Assembly (NCBI GenBank): GCA_963715335.1
Contig: CAVQRZ010000018.1
Coordinates: 1-48,311, forward strand
From: an uncultured delta proteobacterium
Lineage (GTDB): Bacteria > Desulfobacterota > Desulfuromonadia > Desulfuromonadales > BM103
Reading direction: 5' to 3'
DNA: 48,311 nucleotides
This document shows, in pieces, positions 17,975 to 26,378 of this stretch. The notes below the pieces were generated by a model. That model had not been told where the DNA came from. It worked only from the letters and a program-made list of their open reading frames with translations, and searched no databases. Numbering within the stretch: the first letter of the stretch is position 1; each line of letters begins with the position of its first letter. The translations under genes and the position numbers were made by a program.

Positions 17975-18799
17975 TCAACCGAACCATGCGCTGTAAATCA
18001 TCCGCAGACCGACAAACACCAGCAGGACCGCGAATACCCTGACCAGTTTATCATGGGCCGTTCTGCTGGCAACACGGACACCAAGTCGCGCCATGCCGAT
18101 GGTGAAGGGTGCAACCAGGGAAAACACCAGGAAATTGACGTAACCCAAGGAAAATGGCGGCAGAAGCTCGGCATCCCAGCCATGGTGCATGTACGACAGC
18201 ACCCCTGAAAGAGAAGATATGACAATCAGGGCGCTCGAATTGCCAACAGCCAGATGAATAGGGAATCTCAAGGCTATGACCATCAGGGGGACCGCAATAA
18301 CGCCACCACCAACACCAAAAAAAGCGCTGAAGACACCCCCGGCGAAGCCGACCAGGAGCAGCGAGCCAAACGCAACAGAGTCGTTACGCTCTGGCGGCAG
18401 CCGAGGATGAAAGAGGAACAGCTGCGCCGCTACGAATATCTGCATGATGCCAAAAAGGCCTTTCAACCAGTCGCCACTGAGCTGAGAGGCCAGCCATGCA
18501 CCGCAAATCGCACCGAAAAACCCACCCAGACACAGATATGTAACCTGGTGCCACGCAACATTGCCACGTTTACGATGGCCCATGGTGCTGCTGATGGCGG
18601 TTGGGATAATGATAGCCAGGCTGGTGCCAAAGGCTGTGTGGACCAGAATCTCCGGTGCGAAGCCTGCCGCTTCAAAAGACCAGAGGAAAAGTGGTACGAG
18701 GATAATCCCGCCACCAATACCAAGAAGACCGGCCAGAAATCCGGCAACCCCGCCCAGGACAGCAAAGAGAATTATGGTTGTTATACCGAAAGAACCCAT
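17975..18799 (-). CDS. sulfite exporter TauE/SafE family protein
   Basis: AGLLGIGGGIILVP, AFGTSLA and SAFFGVGGGVIAVP duplicated-half motifs; about 8 TM segments. Confidence 0.88.
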   Translation of the reverse strand: MGSFGITTIILFAVLGGVAGFLAGLLGIGGGIILVPLFLWSFEAAGFAPEILVHTAFGTSLAIIIPTAISSTMGHRKRGNVAWHQVTYLCLGGFFGAICGAWLASQLSGDWLKGLFGIMQIFVAAQLFLFHPRLPPERNDSVAFGSLLLVGFAGGVFSAFFGVGGGVIAVPLMVIALRFPIHLAVGNSSALIVISSLSGVLSYMHHGWDAELLPPFSLGYVNFLVFSLVAPFTIGMARLGVRVASRTAHDKLVRVFAVLLVFVGLRMIYSAWFG

Positions 18800-18851
18800 G
18801 GTCACCTGAAAGCAGAACAGGTCAGCCATGTTTTGGCTGACCTGTTGATTT

Positions 18852-18925
18852 TGGAGGCTCCGACCAGATTCGAACTGGTGATGGAGATTTTGCAGACCTC
18901 TGCCTTACCACTTGGCGACGGAGCC
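18852..18925 (-). tRNA. tRNA-Cys(GCA)
   Basis: GGCTCCGTCGCCAAGTGGTAAGGCA-GAGGT-CTGCAAA-ATCTC...AGTTCGAATCT...CCA. Confidence 0.96.
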
Positions 18926-18985
18926 ATCAAAAAAGAGTGTCTTTGAATATCAGAGGGTATCGTATCTGTCAAGCGCTAAATCCTG

Positions 18986-19297
18986 TCAGGAGGGGGTTTG
19001 GATTCTATTCATAACCGAGTCAATTTTACCTTGCAAACCGTGGCTCCCGCTGTCTCGCCGGTCGTCAATTTTTATCAGGGTTGAAACCCTTTGAGCTCCC
19101 CTGCCGAAAGGGACTTCATGCATTCTTCTCAGAACCGGAAGAATTTCATCAATTTCGCCTTCGATCACGGTGCCCATGGGGGTCAACTGATAGTTCAAAC
19201 CAGAATCTGCAACGACTTCTAAACAGGCGGCAACATAACTGGAGACACCCGGAGTTGCTGTTCCCAGAGGGACAACACTGATTTCTACAACAGCCAT
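18986..19297 (-). CDS. MTH1187 family thiamine-binding protein
   Basis: MAVVEISVVPLGT..GVSSYVA, YQLTPMGTVIEG and RVSTLIKIDDRRD motifs; AGGAGG RBS. Confidence 0.9.
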   Translation of the reverse strand: MAVVEISVVPLGTATPGVSSYVAACLEVVADSGLNYQLTPMGTVIEGEIDEILPVLRRMHEVPFGRGAQRVSTLIKIDDRRDSGSHGLQGKIDSVMNRIQTPS

Positions 19298-19360
19298 GAG
19301 AATCCTCCTTCTATCTGGACGCGGATTACGAATCAATGAGCCACGAAAACAGGGCAAAAG

Positions 19361-20332
19361 TCACGGGCGATCTGTCTCCCAGGGGCCGGGATCGACACGA
19401 ACCCTGATAGTGTTGCCGGCAATGTCGGCCCGGGAGCCTGTTCTGAGGATTTCCCTGCCCAAGCTGCTCAAAGAGCTGTTCTGCCCGCCCAGATCATACC
19501 AGGCACCGAAGGGAAGACGAACCGTGGTCGAGAGTTCATGAAAAACGATCTGCTGCAAATCGTCGTTATCCAGGAAGGTCATAAAAGGCTGGATCTCAAG
19601 CTGGACCATCTCCCCCTGGATGTACGGAATGACTTCAAAACCGGTGTCGACGTTCACGTATTCGGTTGCTGCAACGTAGTGCGGGTGGCGATTCCAGTAA
19701 TATCTCAACTCACTGGTAAATGGTATGGCACGCCCGACCCTGATGCTGGCCGGGGAACCTTCCAGGACAGAGATGGACTGGCTGATTTGCCGGCTTTCCA
19801 TGACTTGTGCATTCTGGCCATGAATTCCGCCACGGACCTCCCCGGTGCTGACGAAAACCGAATCGTCCCCGGGCTTGCGCGGGCTGCCGATACCGATTTT
19901 CACTGAATCATTCCGTACCCGCACAGCAGCGCCGACATCCTGACCCTGGCTATCTGTCCGGGCACCCTGGTCAACCGTAATCCGCAGCATGCTTTGCGCA
20001 CGATCGAAATCCGCGACCAGCCTGGCAACCTCTGCCAACTCCGCAGGATCAGTTCTGACAACCAGGGTATTCTGATGCGCTGCGACCTTGGCCTTTTCAC
20101 TGACAATGCTTCTGACGATCTCCGCAAGTTCGACGGCAGACCTGTGCTGCAACTCGAAGATTTGCATTTCCGCAGCGGCAGGGAGGCTCCAGGCAAGAAA
20201 ACAGCACCAGGCCAAGGCACAAGTCTTGAAATATTTTCTGCCCGGCAGGGTCTGCAGGATCAAGCGCAACCTGCCGACGACGGCAGCGCTGGAGATACGG
20301 GGAAAAGATGTTGATTTACACGGGAAAGGCAT
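19361..20332 (-). CDS. short secretin-like protein (NolW-like N domain); true start probably downstream of 20332
   Basis: Signal peptide ending PAAA; IFELQHRSAVEL...NTLVVRTDP..LAEVARLVADFD (N-domain); VLEGSPASIRVGRAIPF, TGFEVIP and LSTTVRLPFGAWYDLGG secretin-like strands. Confidence 0.7.
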   Translation of the reverse strand: MPFPCKSTSFPRISSAAVVGRLRLILQTLPGRKYFKTCALAWCCFLAWSLPAAAEMQIFELQHRSAVELAEIVRSIVSEKAKVAAHQNTLVVRTDPAELAEVARLVADFDRAQSMLRITVDQGARTDSQGQDVGAAVRVRNDSVKIGIGSPRKPGDDSVFVSTGEVRGGIHGQNAQVMESRQISQSISVLEGSPASIRVGRAIPFTSELRYYWNRHPHYVAATEYVNVDTGFEVIPYIQGEMVQLEIQPFMTFLDNDDLQQIVFHELSTTVRLPFGAWYDLGGQNSSLSSLGREILRTGSRADIAGNTIRVRVDPGPWETDRP

Positions 20333-20474
20333 AGATCGTCAAATCCTTGCCGCAAGCAGGTTAAATACAGGATACCAGCTTTTGCCAATCACTGCAGGAG
20401 ATCATACCTCGATACGGCTGCATAGCCGTTTTACCTCCGCCATTGAGAAATTTTACGCTATGCGTTCCACACTG

Positions 20475-20513
20475 AAAAAAGCGAGAGGTTGACCTGTGAA
20501 GGTCAACCTCTCG
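20475..20513 (-). terminator. rho-independent terminator after the cytochrome gene
   Basis: CGAGAGGTTGACCT-GTGA-AGGTCAACCTCTCG hairpin plus an A6 run on the plus strand. Confidence 0.85.
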
Positions 20514-20548
20514 AGTGTTGCTGCGATTGAACTTGTCTAAAGTCTCAG

Positions 20549-21337
20549 CTATTTATTCAAGTCGTGGGCGACGCTATGACATTCCCCGCATTTCGGGAAA
20601 CGTGTATGCATCGCCTTGGCATGTGGTTGACCGTGGCAGCCGCTGCATTCCGGGATCGCCTTATGCTTATCAGCGTGACACGTTGCACAGGAAACCTTGG
20701 TGTGCTTGGTTTGACTCTTGGTCAGCACGGCGGCAACCGTATCGTGACACGAAGCGCAAAGTTCCGATGCCGTGCTGTCAGGATAAGCAACGGCGAGAGG
20801 CATATGGGCCTGGTGACATGTCGAACAGTCGGTTTGAGTCATCGACTTGGAGTGTGGCTCATGACAGGACAAGCACTCAGGAATGTTGCCGTGGGTATCG
20901 GCATGACAGAAATTGCAGGCAAAGGTTGCATGTTGACTCGGGTTCGCAACCATCTGCTCTTCGGGGCCAGCGTGACAACTCACGCAAACGGTCTTCTGCT
21001 CGCCCTTGATGCTGATGTTCAGGGGTTGATGCGGGTTGTGACAGCCGAGGCAATTGTCGACCTTGTAATGTGCGCTGCCTTCGTGGCACTCGCTGCACTG
21101 GGGGATATTTTTCGCTACGCTTGGCCGATGTCCGGCATGACAGGCCCTGCAGTCGATTTCGGTTTTGTGGGACGCGCCGTTTGCCTCGATTTGTGCGGGC
21201 TGCTCACTGTGACATTTGATGCAGTCATCGGCGGTCAAGACTGCCTGCGCCGCCAGAGCCGAATGGCTCATGCAAACCACAAACGCTACAGCGAAAATTG
21301 CGACCGACAGGTTCTTCATCTGACACTTGGACACCAT
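20549..21337 (-). CDS. periplasmic dodecaheme cytochrome c
   Basis: 12 CxxCH motifs counted; signal peptide ending ALA-A; GGAGG RBS before the ATG at 21337. Confidence 0.93.
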   Translation of the reverse strand: MVSKCQMKNLSVAIFAVAFVVCMSHSALAAQAVLTADDCIKCHSEQPAQIEANGASHKTEIDCRACHAGHRPSVAKNIPQCSECHEGSAHYKVDNCLGCHNPHQPLNISIKGEQKTVCVSCHAGPEEQMVANPSQHATFACNFCHADTHGNIPECLSCHEPHSKSMTQTDCSTCHQAHMPLAVAYPDSTASELCASCHDTVAAVLTKSQTKHTKVSCATCHADKHKAIPECSGCHGQPHAKAMHTRFPKCGECHSVAHDLNK

Positions 21338-21503
21338 ACTTCCTCCTTGCATAGTCAAAAAGTAATGACCCGAAAACCAATAGATAATAGAAGTGATTTT
21401 GTAACGTCTCTTGGCGGCAGGTGTCAATAGTAAAGTGGGGATCGTCCAATGTTAGAAAGAGTGGCGGAATAGCCATGCATAACGCGTTGACACAAGGTGG
21501 CCT

Positions 21504-22067
21504 CGTTACCAATGGGCCGTAACCGCCTCCGCTGACGGCTTTATTGAATGAGGCAACACCCGACAGAACAAGCATCTTCCACTTTTTGTATTCTATGACA
21601 CGACGCGAAACCAGAATCACGAACAAACCAGAGATGAGTATGATGCATCCGATTGCAACCTTGAGGACATCTTTGGGGATATTAACTGACAGGAAGACCC
21701 CCACAGTGACGCCAACCACACTGCCTGCAGCAAGTATGACTGCAGGGTTAAAATCCTTGCCACGAACCCCCAACTCAACATTTTTGATCTCATTGTGAAA
21801 GAAGGATGCTGCGAATCCGCTCAACAACTCTGAAAACAATATGGTCGGGACAATATCCTGAGGTTGATAACCGAGCATTAGCAGCGTAGGGGTAAGGATC
21901 GTGCCATAACCCATCCCTAACCCGCTATCAATCAACTCACACGCGAAGCAAAGGCCAAACAATATCAAAGCATCTGTTATGTCGAACCCGCCATAGTGCC
22001 GAACCGCCATGAACAGCAGGATGCATATAAGCCCAACCCAGAGTGCGCATTTAGTTCGATATGTCAT
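21504..22067 (-). pseudogene. 3'-truncated TauE/SafE family gene
   Basis: CELIDSGLGMGYGTILTP...ASFNKAVSGGGYGPLVT, then an abrupt switch to non-membrane-like sequence that runs through the cytochrome gene's upstream region. Confidence 0.65.
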
Positions 22068-22328
22068 AGCTTCTTAATCTGTCGAGAACAAAGGTTGCGA
22101 CCATTCCGGTCGGGAATTTAGCATAAGCCCAAAAATATTAGAATGTGTTTGTTTTGCAACAACCTCCAGGTTCGATCCGCCGGTGGCGCACAGGTGGTGC
22201 ACTGGCATTTATCCTGGCTTGCAGGAAGCAGGACCATCGCAATTTATCCAGGTGGCCGTCGTTCTGTCGGCGAAAATGTCCCGGTCAATAATAAGCTCGT
22301 TGTTGTCTCGGCAGCCGTGGCAAAAGAG

Positions 22329-22361
22329 AAAAGGCCCATCCGGAGCGGACAGGCCTTTTTT
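22329..22361. terminator. bidirectional terminator-like hairpin after the pal-like gene
   Basis: AAAAGGCC...TCCG GAG CGGA...GGCCTTTTTT. Confidence 0.6.
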
Positions 22362-22422
22362 CCCATCTTTAAAATTGGGATGGCAGGCATTCGCCTGCCC
22401 ATTTGATTAACTCTCTTGCTCT

Positions 22423-22929
22423 TTAATTGAACGCAACCCTGCGGTTCATCTTCCAGGAGTTTTCATCATGGCCCTGCGCAACGGGATTCTCTTCTCCGTA
22501 ACTAATCGCCGCCAAACGGTTAGGGGAAATACCAAGAGCCACCAGGTAATCCTTGATGACTTTTGCCCGCTGATCACCTAATGCAAGGTTATATTCATCT
22601 GAACCGCGTTCGTCGCAGTATCCCTCGATGGTGATAGACATCGAAGCCTTCTCACTTAACAATAAAGCGTTCTTTTTCAACACTGAATGGGCTGCCGGAT
22701 TCAAAACATACGAGTCGAAATCAAAATAAATCGTTTCAAGTTGCAGACCTTCCAGATTGGTAAGGTTTGCTCCGGGTGACTTTGGCGTATCATTGGCAGT
22801 CTCTGCTACAGCGACCGGGGCTGCAGGTGAGAGCGATTCGCCGGCAGTTGAATTGCTTTTGCTGGCACAACCGCTGTTAATGATAAGAGCTGTCAGGGTC
22901 AAAACCCAAAAAATCGATGTACGAGGCAT
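22423..22929 (-). CDS. OmpA/Pal-family peptidoglycan-associated lipoprotein
   Basis: Lipobox INSGC; IYFDFDSY, IEGYCDERGSDEYNLALGDQRA, ISYGEENP and NRRV motifs; no tol genes nearby. Confidence 0.88.
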   Translation of the reverse strand: MPRTSIFWVLTLTALIINSGCASKSNSTAGESLSPAAPVAVAETANDTPKSPGANLTNLEGLQLETIYFDFDSYVLNPAAHSVLKKNALLLSEKASMSITIEGYCDERGSDEYNLALGDQRAKVIKDYLVALGISPNRLAAISYGEENPVAQGHDENSWKMNRRVAFN

Positions 22930-22980
22930 TATTTATCTCCATAATTGCTGTTTGTTGTAAAAAATATTCATGGCCGAAGC

Positions 22981-23084
22981 AAGCACAGTAACCCTCAGGC
23001 GTAACTCTCTTAACAAACGAACAGAGGGTCAGTTACAATTGGTCAGGGCTGGCTTTCCGCCATGACCGGGATTGCCTGATGCTT
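22981..23084 (-). ncRNA. putative structured leader RNA (three-way junction)
   Basis: Complementary pairs AAGCA/TGCTT, TCAGGC/GCCTGA, GGTCA/TGACC (enclosing TGGC-GGAAA-GCCA) and GTAACT/AGTTAC; family not recognised. Confidence 0.4.
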
Positions 23085-23126
23085 TTCTTAAGCCGCGCTT
23101 TAAAACGAAAAAGTTGCAAGTACTAT

Positions 23127-23459
23127 TCAGGAAAGGATTTCCGGCGGGATATATATTTCAGAGAGGATGTCGCTAAGGATCAATTGGCTCATATACATGG
23201 TGTCTTGTTGCACCGATTCTACGGCAGAAGATTTCGTTGTTTCCGGAGGGTTGATGGGAACAACAAACACGAGATTGAGCTTTACCTTGATCGGTTTTCC
23301 TTCAAAGGGGAGCCCTTCGGCGACAAAAACCTGATGGAAAAGAGCATCTTCAACCGGAGTTATGAATATTTCCTCTGTGAAACTCCCCAGGCGTAATGAG
23401 AGCAACATAAACACAACCATAAGGGAGAGGAATTTATTCACGAGAGAGTGGCTGTTCAT
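23127..23459 (-). CDS. hypothetical protein, possibly a regulatory leader peptide (C-terminal EIYIPPE)
   Basis: N-terminal hydrophobic helix; promoter-like TTGACT-N16-TAAAAT at 23498-23525. Confidence 0.6.
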   Translation of the reverse strand: MNSHSLVNKFLSLMVVFMLLSLRLGSFTEEIFITPVEDALFHQVFVAEGLPFEGKPIKVKLNLVFVVPINPPETTKSSAVESVQQDTMYMSQLILSDILSEIYIPPEILS

Positions 23460-23656
23460 CGTTTTACGTATCGTTTACCCCAAAATAAATTGGGCGGATT
23501 TTAGCACTGCCATAAAAAGAGTCAACACAAATATATTGCAGATTTTAATGCAACGAATACCCTCATAATCCCCCCCTTTTTATATCGTTCCAAACTCAGC
23601 CAAGCCGCCCGCAAAACATGTTAAATGCTTCTATCTGTTACGAGGCAGGTTCTCTT

Positions 23657-24706
23657 TTATTGCCCGAGAACTGCGCGTACTTGCCGCAAATAATCTGCGC
23701 CTATTCTTTCCCCCCATTTGTCGTACATGGGTTTAGCTAATTCTATTAACCTGGCCCTGTCGGCAGAAGACAGTTGAAAAAAAGACACCCCGTTAGCTTT
23801 TGCAGCCTCAATCTGGCTGGTCTGTTGTTCCTGAGTTAAAGAACGTGCCACTGCACTCTCTTCAGTGATTGTATCAAGTAGGATCTTTCGTAGATCTTGC
23901 GGCAGTTGATCTAGCCAACGCGTATTGATGAGATGAATATACAGTCCCTGTGCATAATCAAGTTCTGTGTAGTTCTTGGCAACATTGAATTTCCCGCTGA
24001 TATTGCAGACTATGGGCGTGTGATCAAGGCCGGTAATCACACCAGTTTGTAACGCCTGAGGGACATCTGGCCAGGGCATAACGGTGAATTTTAAGCCCCA
24101 GGCTTTGTAGAAGTCCAAATTAACGGGGGCTTCCGCAATGCGAAAGTTGATTGTTTTTGCATCCTCAATCGTTCTGACCGCCGTGTTGGTTGCCCAGCCA
24201 TAAGAGCCATATCCAGTAATGTCCGCTACGACAATCTTTTGATTAACAGCGGCATCTCGAAATTGCTGCCAAAGTTCCGGATTATTACGAAATTTCTCTA
24301 GCTTCTCAAAGGTGTCAATGACATAGGGAAGATTGACAACGCCCAAAGTGTTCGACACGTTCGCTGCTGCAACAGAAGAGCTCATCATCCCCTGTATGGC
24401 ACCCATTTGTAGTTTGCGGATGACATCCTTTTCTCCGCCGAGCAATGATAAGGGGCGGAAATCGACGTACAGGCGGCCATTGCTCTTCTCCCAGACCTTG
24501 TCTCTTATCCGGAAGCCTACGGCAACACCTTCAATGGCAGGATGGCCAACACAAGAGAGGAGATATTTGTATTCTGCACGACTTGGATCGAACTTTGGCT
24601 GCCAGTCTGCTAAAGGGTCGTCCTTGGCCTCTACAGTCATCACCGGAACCACAAGCAGAAGGGTTAAAACAGCGATTATAGACAGACGAAAACTTTTAAA
24701 TTTCAT
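23657..24706 (-). CDS. dctP: TRAP transporter solute-binding protein DctP
   Basis: Signal peptide; EKSNGRL, LGGEKDVIRKLQMGAI, NLPYV, FRIAE and MPWPDVPQALQTGVITG motifs. Confidence 0.88.
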   Translation of the reverse strand: MKFKSFRLSIIAVLTLLLVVPVMTVEAKDDPLADWQPKFDPSRAEYKYLLSCVGHPAIEGVAVGFRIRDKVWEKSNGRLYVDFRPLSLLGGEKDVIRKLQMGAIQGMMSSSVAAANVSNTLGVVNLPYVIDTFEKLEKFRNNPELWQQFRDAAVNQKIVVADITGYGSYGWATNTAVRTIEDAKTINFRIAEAPVNLDFYKAWGLKFTVMPWPDVPQALQTGVITGLDHTPIVCNISGKFNVAKNYTELDYAQGLYIHLINTRWLDQLPQDLRKILLDTITEESAVARSLTQEQQTSQIEAAKANGVSFFQLSSADRARLIELAKPMYDKWGERIGADYLRQVRAVLGQ

Positions 24707-24835
24707 GGGCCAGTCCCCTTTAAGAAGTAATTGTAAGCGCAGGGATGATAACACCGGCATTAAAGATAATCAATCTTGGATGTTTTACGGGACATTTTTA
24801 CTTTCGTATCTTTGCTCGATTTTCACGCTAGAAAT

Positions 24836-24872
24836 AAAACAGGCACCTAGAACTTTACTTCCAGGTGCCTGT
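24836..24872 (-). terminator. rho-independent terminator after tRNA-Gly(GCC)
   Basis: ACAGGCACCT...AGGTGCCTGT stem with an A-run on the plus strand. Confidence 0.7.
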
Positions 24873-24878
24873 AATTAT

Positions 24879-24953
<75 letters not shown>

Positions 24954-25043
24954 AAACATGTAGATCGGCAGTGCCGACGGATGCACTTTATAGCAAAAGC
25001 CTTTCAGGCAAGTCAACCGAAATTTTACCATACTGAAAAGAAG

Positions 25044-25631
25044 TCAACGGGCAATCACACGGAAGAACTTCTGCAGGTAATCAATTCCCGACCAGAGCGT
25101 CAGGGCGAACGCAATATAAAAAAAGAAAATCCCGAAGTTGTGCATATTGACCTGCAGGACGCTCCATTCGAAACCAAAGAACCAGTTGTAGTTATAATGG
25201 AGCATCAACCCGGGGATGGCAACCATCTGGTAAATTGTCTTGTATTTCCCCAGGTCGCTGGCGTCAATGACAATCCCCTCAGATGAGGCAATGGAACGCA
25301 AGCCCGTCACGATCATTTCCCTGGCGAGAATCAGGAAAACCATCCAGGCCGGTACACGGTCAAGCGGGATCAACATAATCAGCGCCGCCATGACGATCAG
25401 TTTGTCGGCAAGGGGATCAAGGAACTTGCCAAGGACGGTAACCACTTCCCACTTGCGGGCCAGCCAGCCGTCAATGAAATCGGTCACCGCGGCCAGGCCG
25501 AAAATCGCAGCGGCCCACATTCCGGAGGATCGTGAGTCGGAAAGCAGCAGAGCGACAATAACCGGGACGGCGGCGATCCGGGCCAGTGTCAACAGGTTGG
25601 GCAGGTTCAACAAGCCGGACTTCAAGTTCAT
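25044..25631 (-). CDS. pgsA: CDP-diacylglycerol--glycerol-3-phosphate 3-phosphatidyltransferase
   Basis: NLPNLLTLARI and TDFIDGWLARK...GKFLDPLADK (CDP-alcohol phosphotransferase motif). Confidence 0.95.
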   Translation of the reverse strand: MNLKSGLLNLPNLLTLARIAAVPVIVALLLSDSRSSGMWAAAIFGLAAVTDFIDGWLARKWEVVTVLGKFLDPLADKLIVMAALIMLIPLDRVPAWMVFLILAREMIVTGLRSIASSEGIVIDASDLGKYKTIYQMVAIPGLMLHYNYNWFFGFEWSVLQVNMHNFGIFFFYIAFALTLWSGIDYLQKFFRVIAR

Positions 25632-26218
25632 AGCAGGGGATCTTCGGACTGGCGATAGTAGTCCAGGAAATGCTTGACCCGTTTGACATAATCACGAGTC
25701 TCATCATAGGGAGGAATGCCGCCGTAACGCTTCACGGTATTAGGCCCTGAATTATACGCGGCCAGAGCCAACTCTACATCGTCATCAAACAAGTCCAGCA
25801 TCTTTCGCAGGTACTGACTGCCACCACGAATATTTTCACTGGGATCGAACGGATTTCGTACTTTAAGGTCCTTCGCGGTTTCCGGTATTAATTGCATCAA
25901 TCCCTGAGCGCCTTTTTTTGAGACCGTTTGGGGCTGGTAATCACTCTCCACCTTGATGACTGCCTTGACCAGGGCTTCTTCAAGTTGATAAGAGCGGGCG
26001 TGTTGGCGGATAATTTCCAGGTAGGATCGATGCCCTGAACCGGCGGCAGGCTTTTCCTTGAGGTACATATTCCAGCGGCCGTGGGTCGGCGTGTTAGTAA
26101 AATGAACCGTCCCCTGCGCATCCACGTACCGATAAATGTCAGCAAAAGCAGGTGAAATCCCCGACACCAGCGGTAGAATGAGTATCAATATGCAGAGCAG
26201 CCTGTGTTTGGACATCAT
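25628..26218 (-). CDS. lytic transglycosylase (SLT domain with a DUF4124-like N-terminus)
   Basis: IYRYVDAQGTVHFTN; AVIKVES, GAQGLMQL, ALAAYNSG and ETRDYV motifs. Confidence 0.92.
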   Translation of the reverse strand: MMSKHRLLCILILILPLVSGISPAFADIYRYVDAQGTVHFTNTPTHGRWNMYLKEKPAAGSGHRSYLEIIRQHARSYQLEEALVKAVIKVESDYQPQTVSKKGAQGLMQLIPETAKDLKVRNPFDPSENIRGGSQYLRKMLDLFDDDVELALAAYNSGPNTVKRYGGIPPYDETRDYVKRVKHFLDYYRQSEDPLL

Positions 26219-26282
26219 GGTGACAAACTCCAGAGCTATGACTTATATCTGAAAAACCTCTGTATTTCAAGAAGTTTAGGCC

Positions 26283-26311
26283 TTGACACAAATGTACTGC
26301 ATTCACATAAT
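26283..26311 (+). promoter_or_regulatory. sigma70 promoter for nadB
   Basis: TTGACA-N17-CATAAT. Confidence 0.65.
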
Positions 26312-26378
26312 GAGAGGTCCCTGACATGTCGGGCATTATCGCACACACATTCAATGCAAACCACGGGCCACATTCCTT

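Noticed and set aside
20564..21430. 288-aa plus-strand hydrophobic ORF
   Set aside because: Antisense to the 12-heme cytochrome; its repetitiveness mirrors the CxxCH codons.
22143..22410. Short plus-strand ORFs between tauE and pal
   Set aside because: No RBS or motifs, and they overlap a cluster of terminator-like hairpins.
22981..23084. Known riboswitch (c-di-GMP, TPP, Moco, NiCo)
   Set aside because: I could not match the conserved core nucleotides by eye, so it is kept only as an unclassified structure pending an Rfam search.
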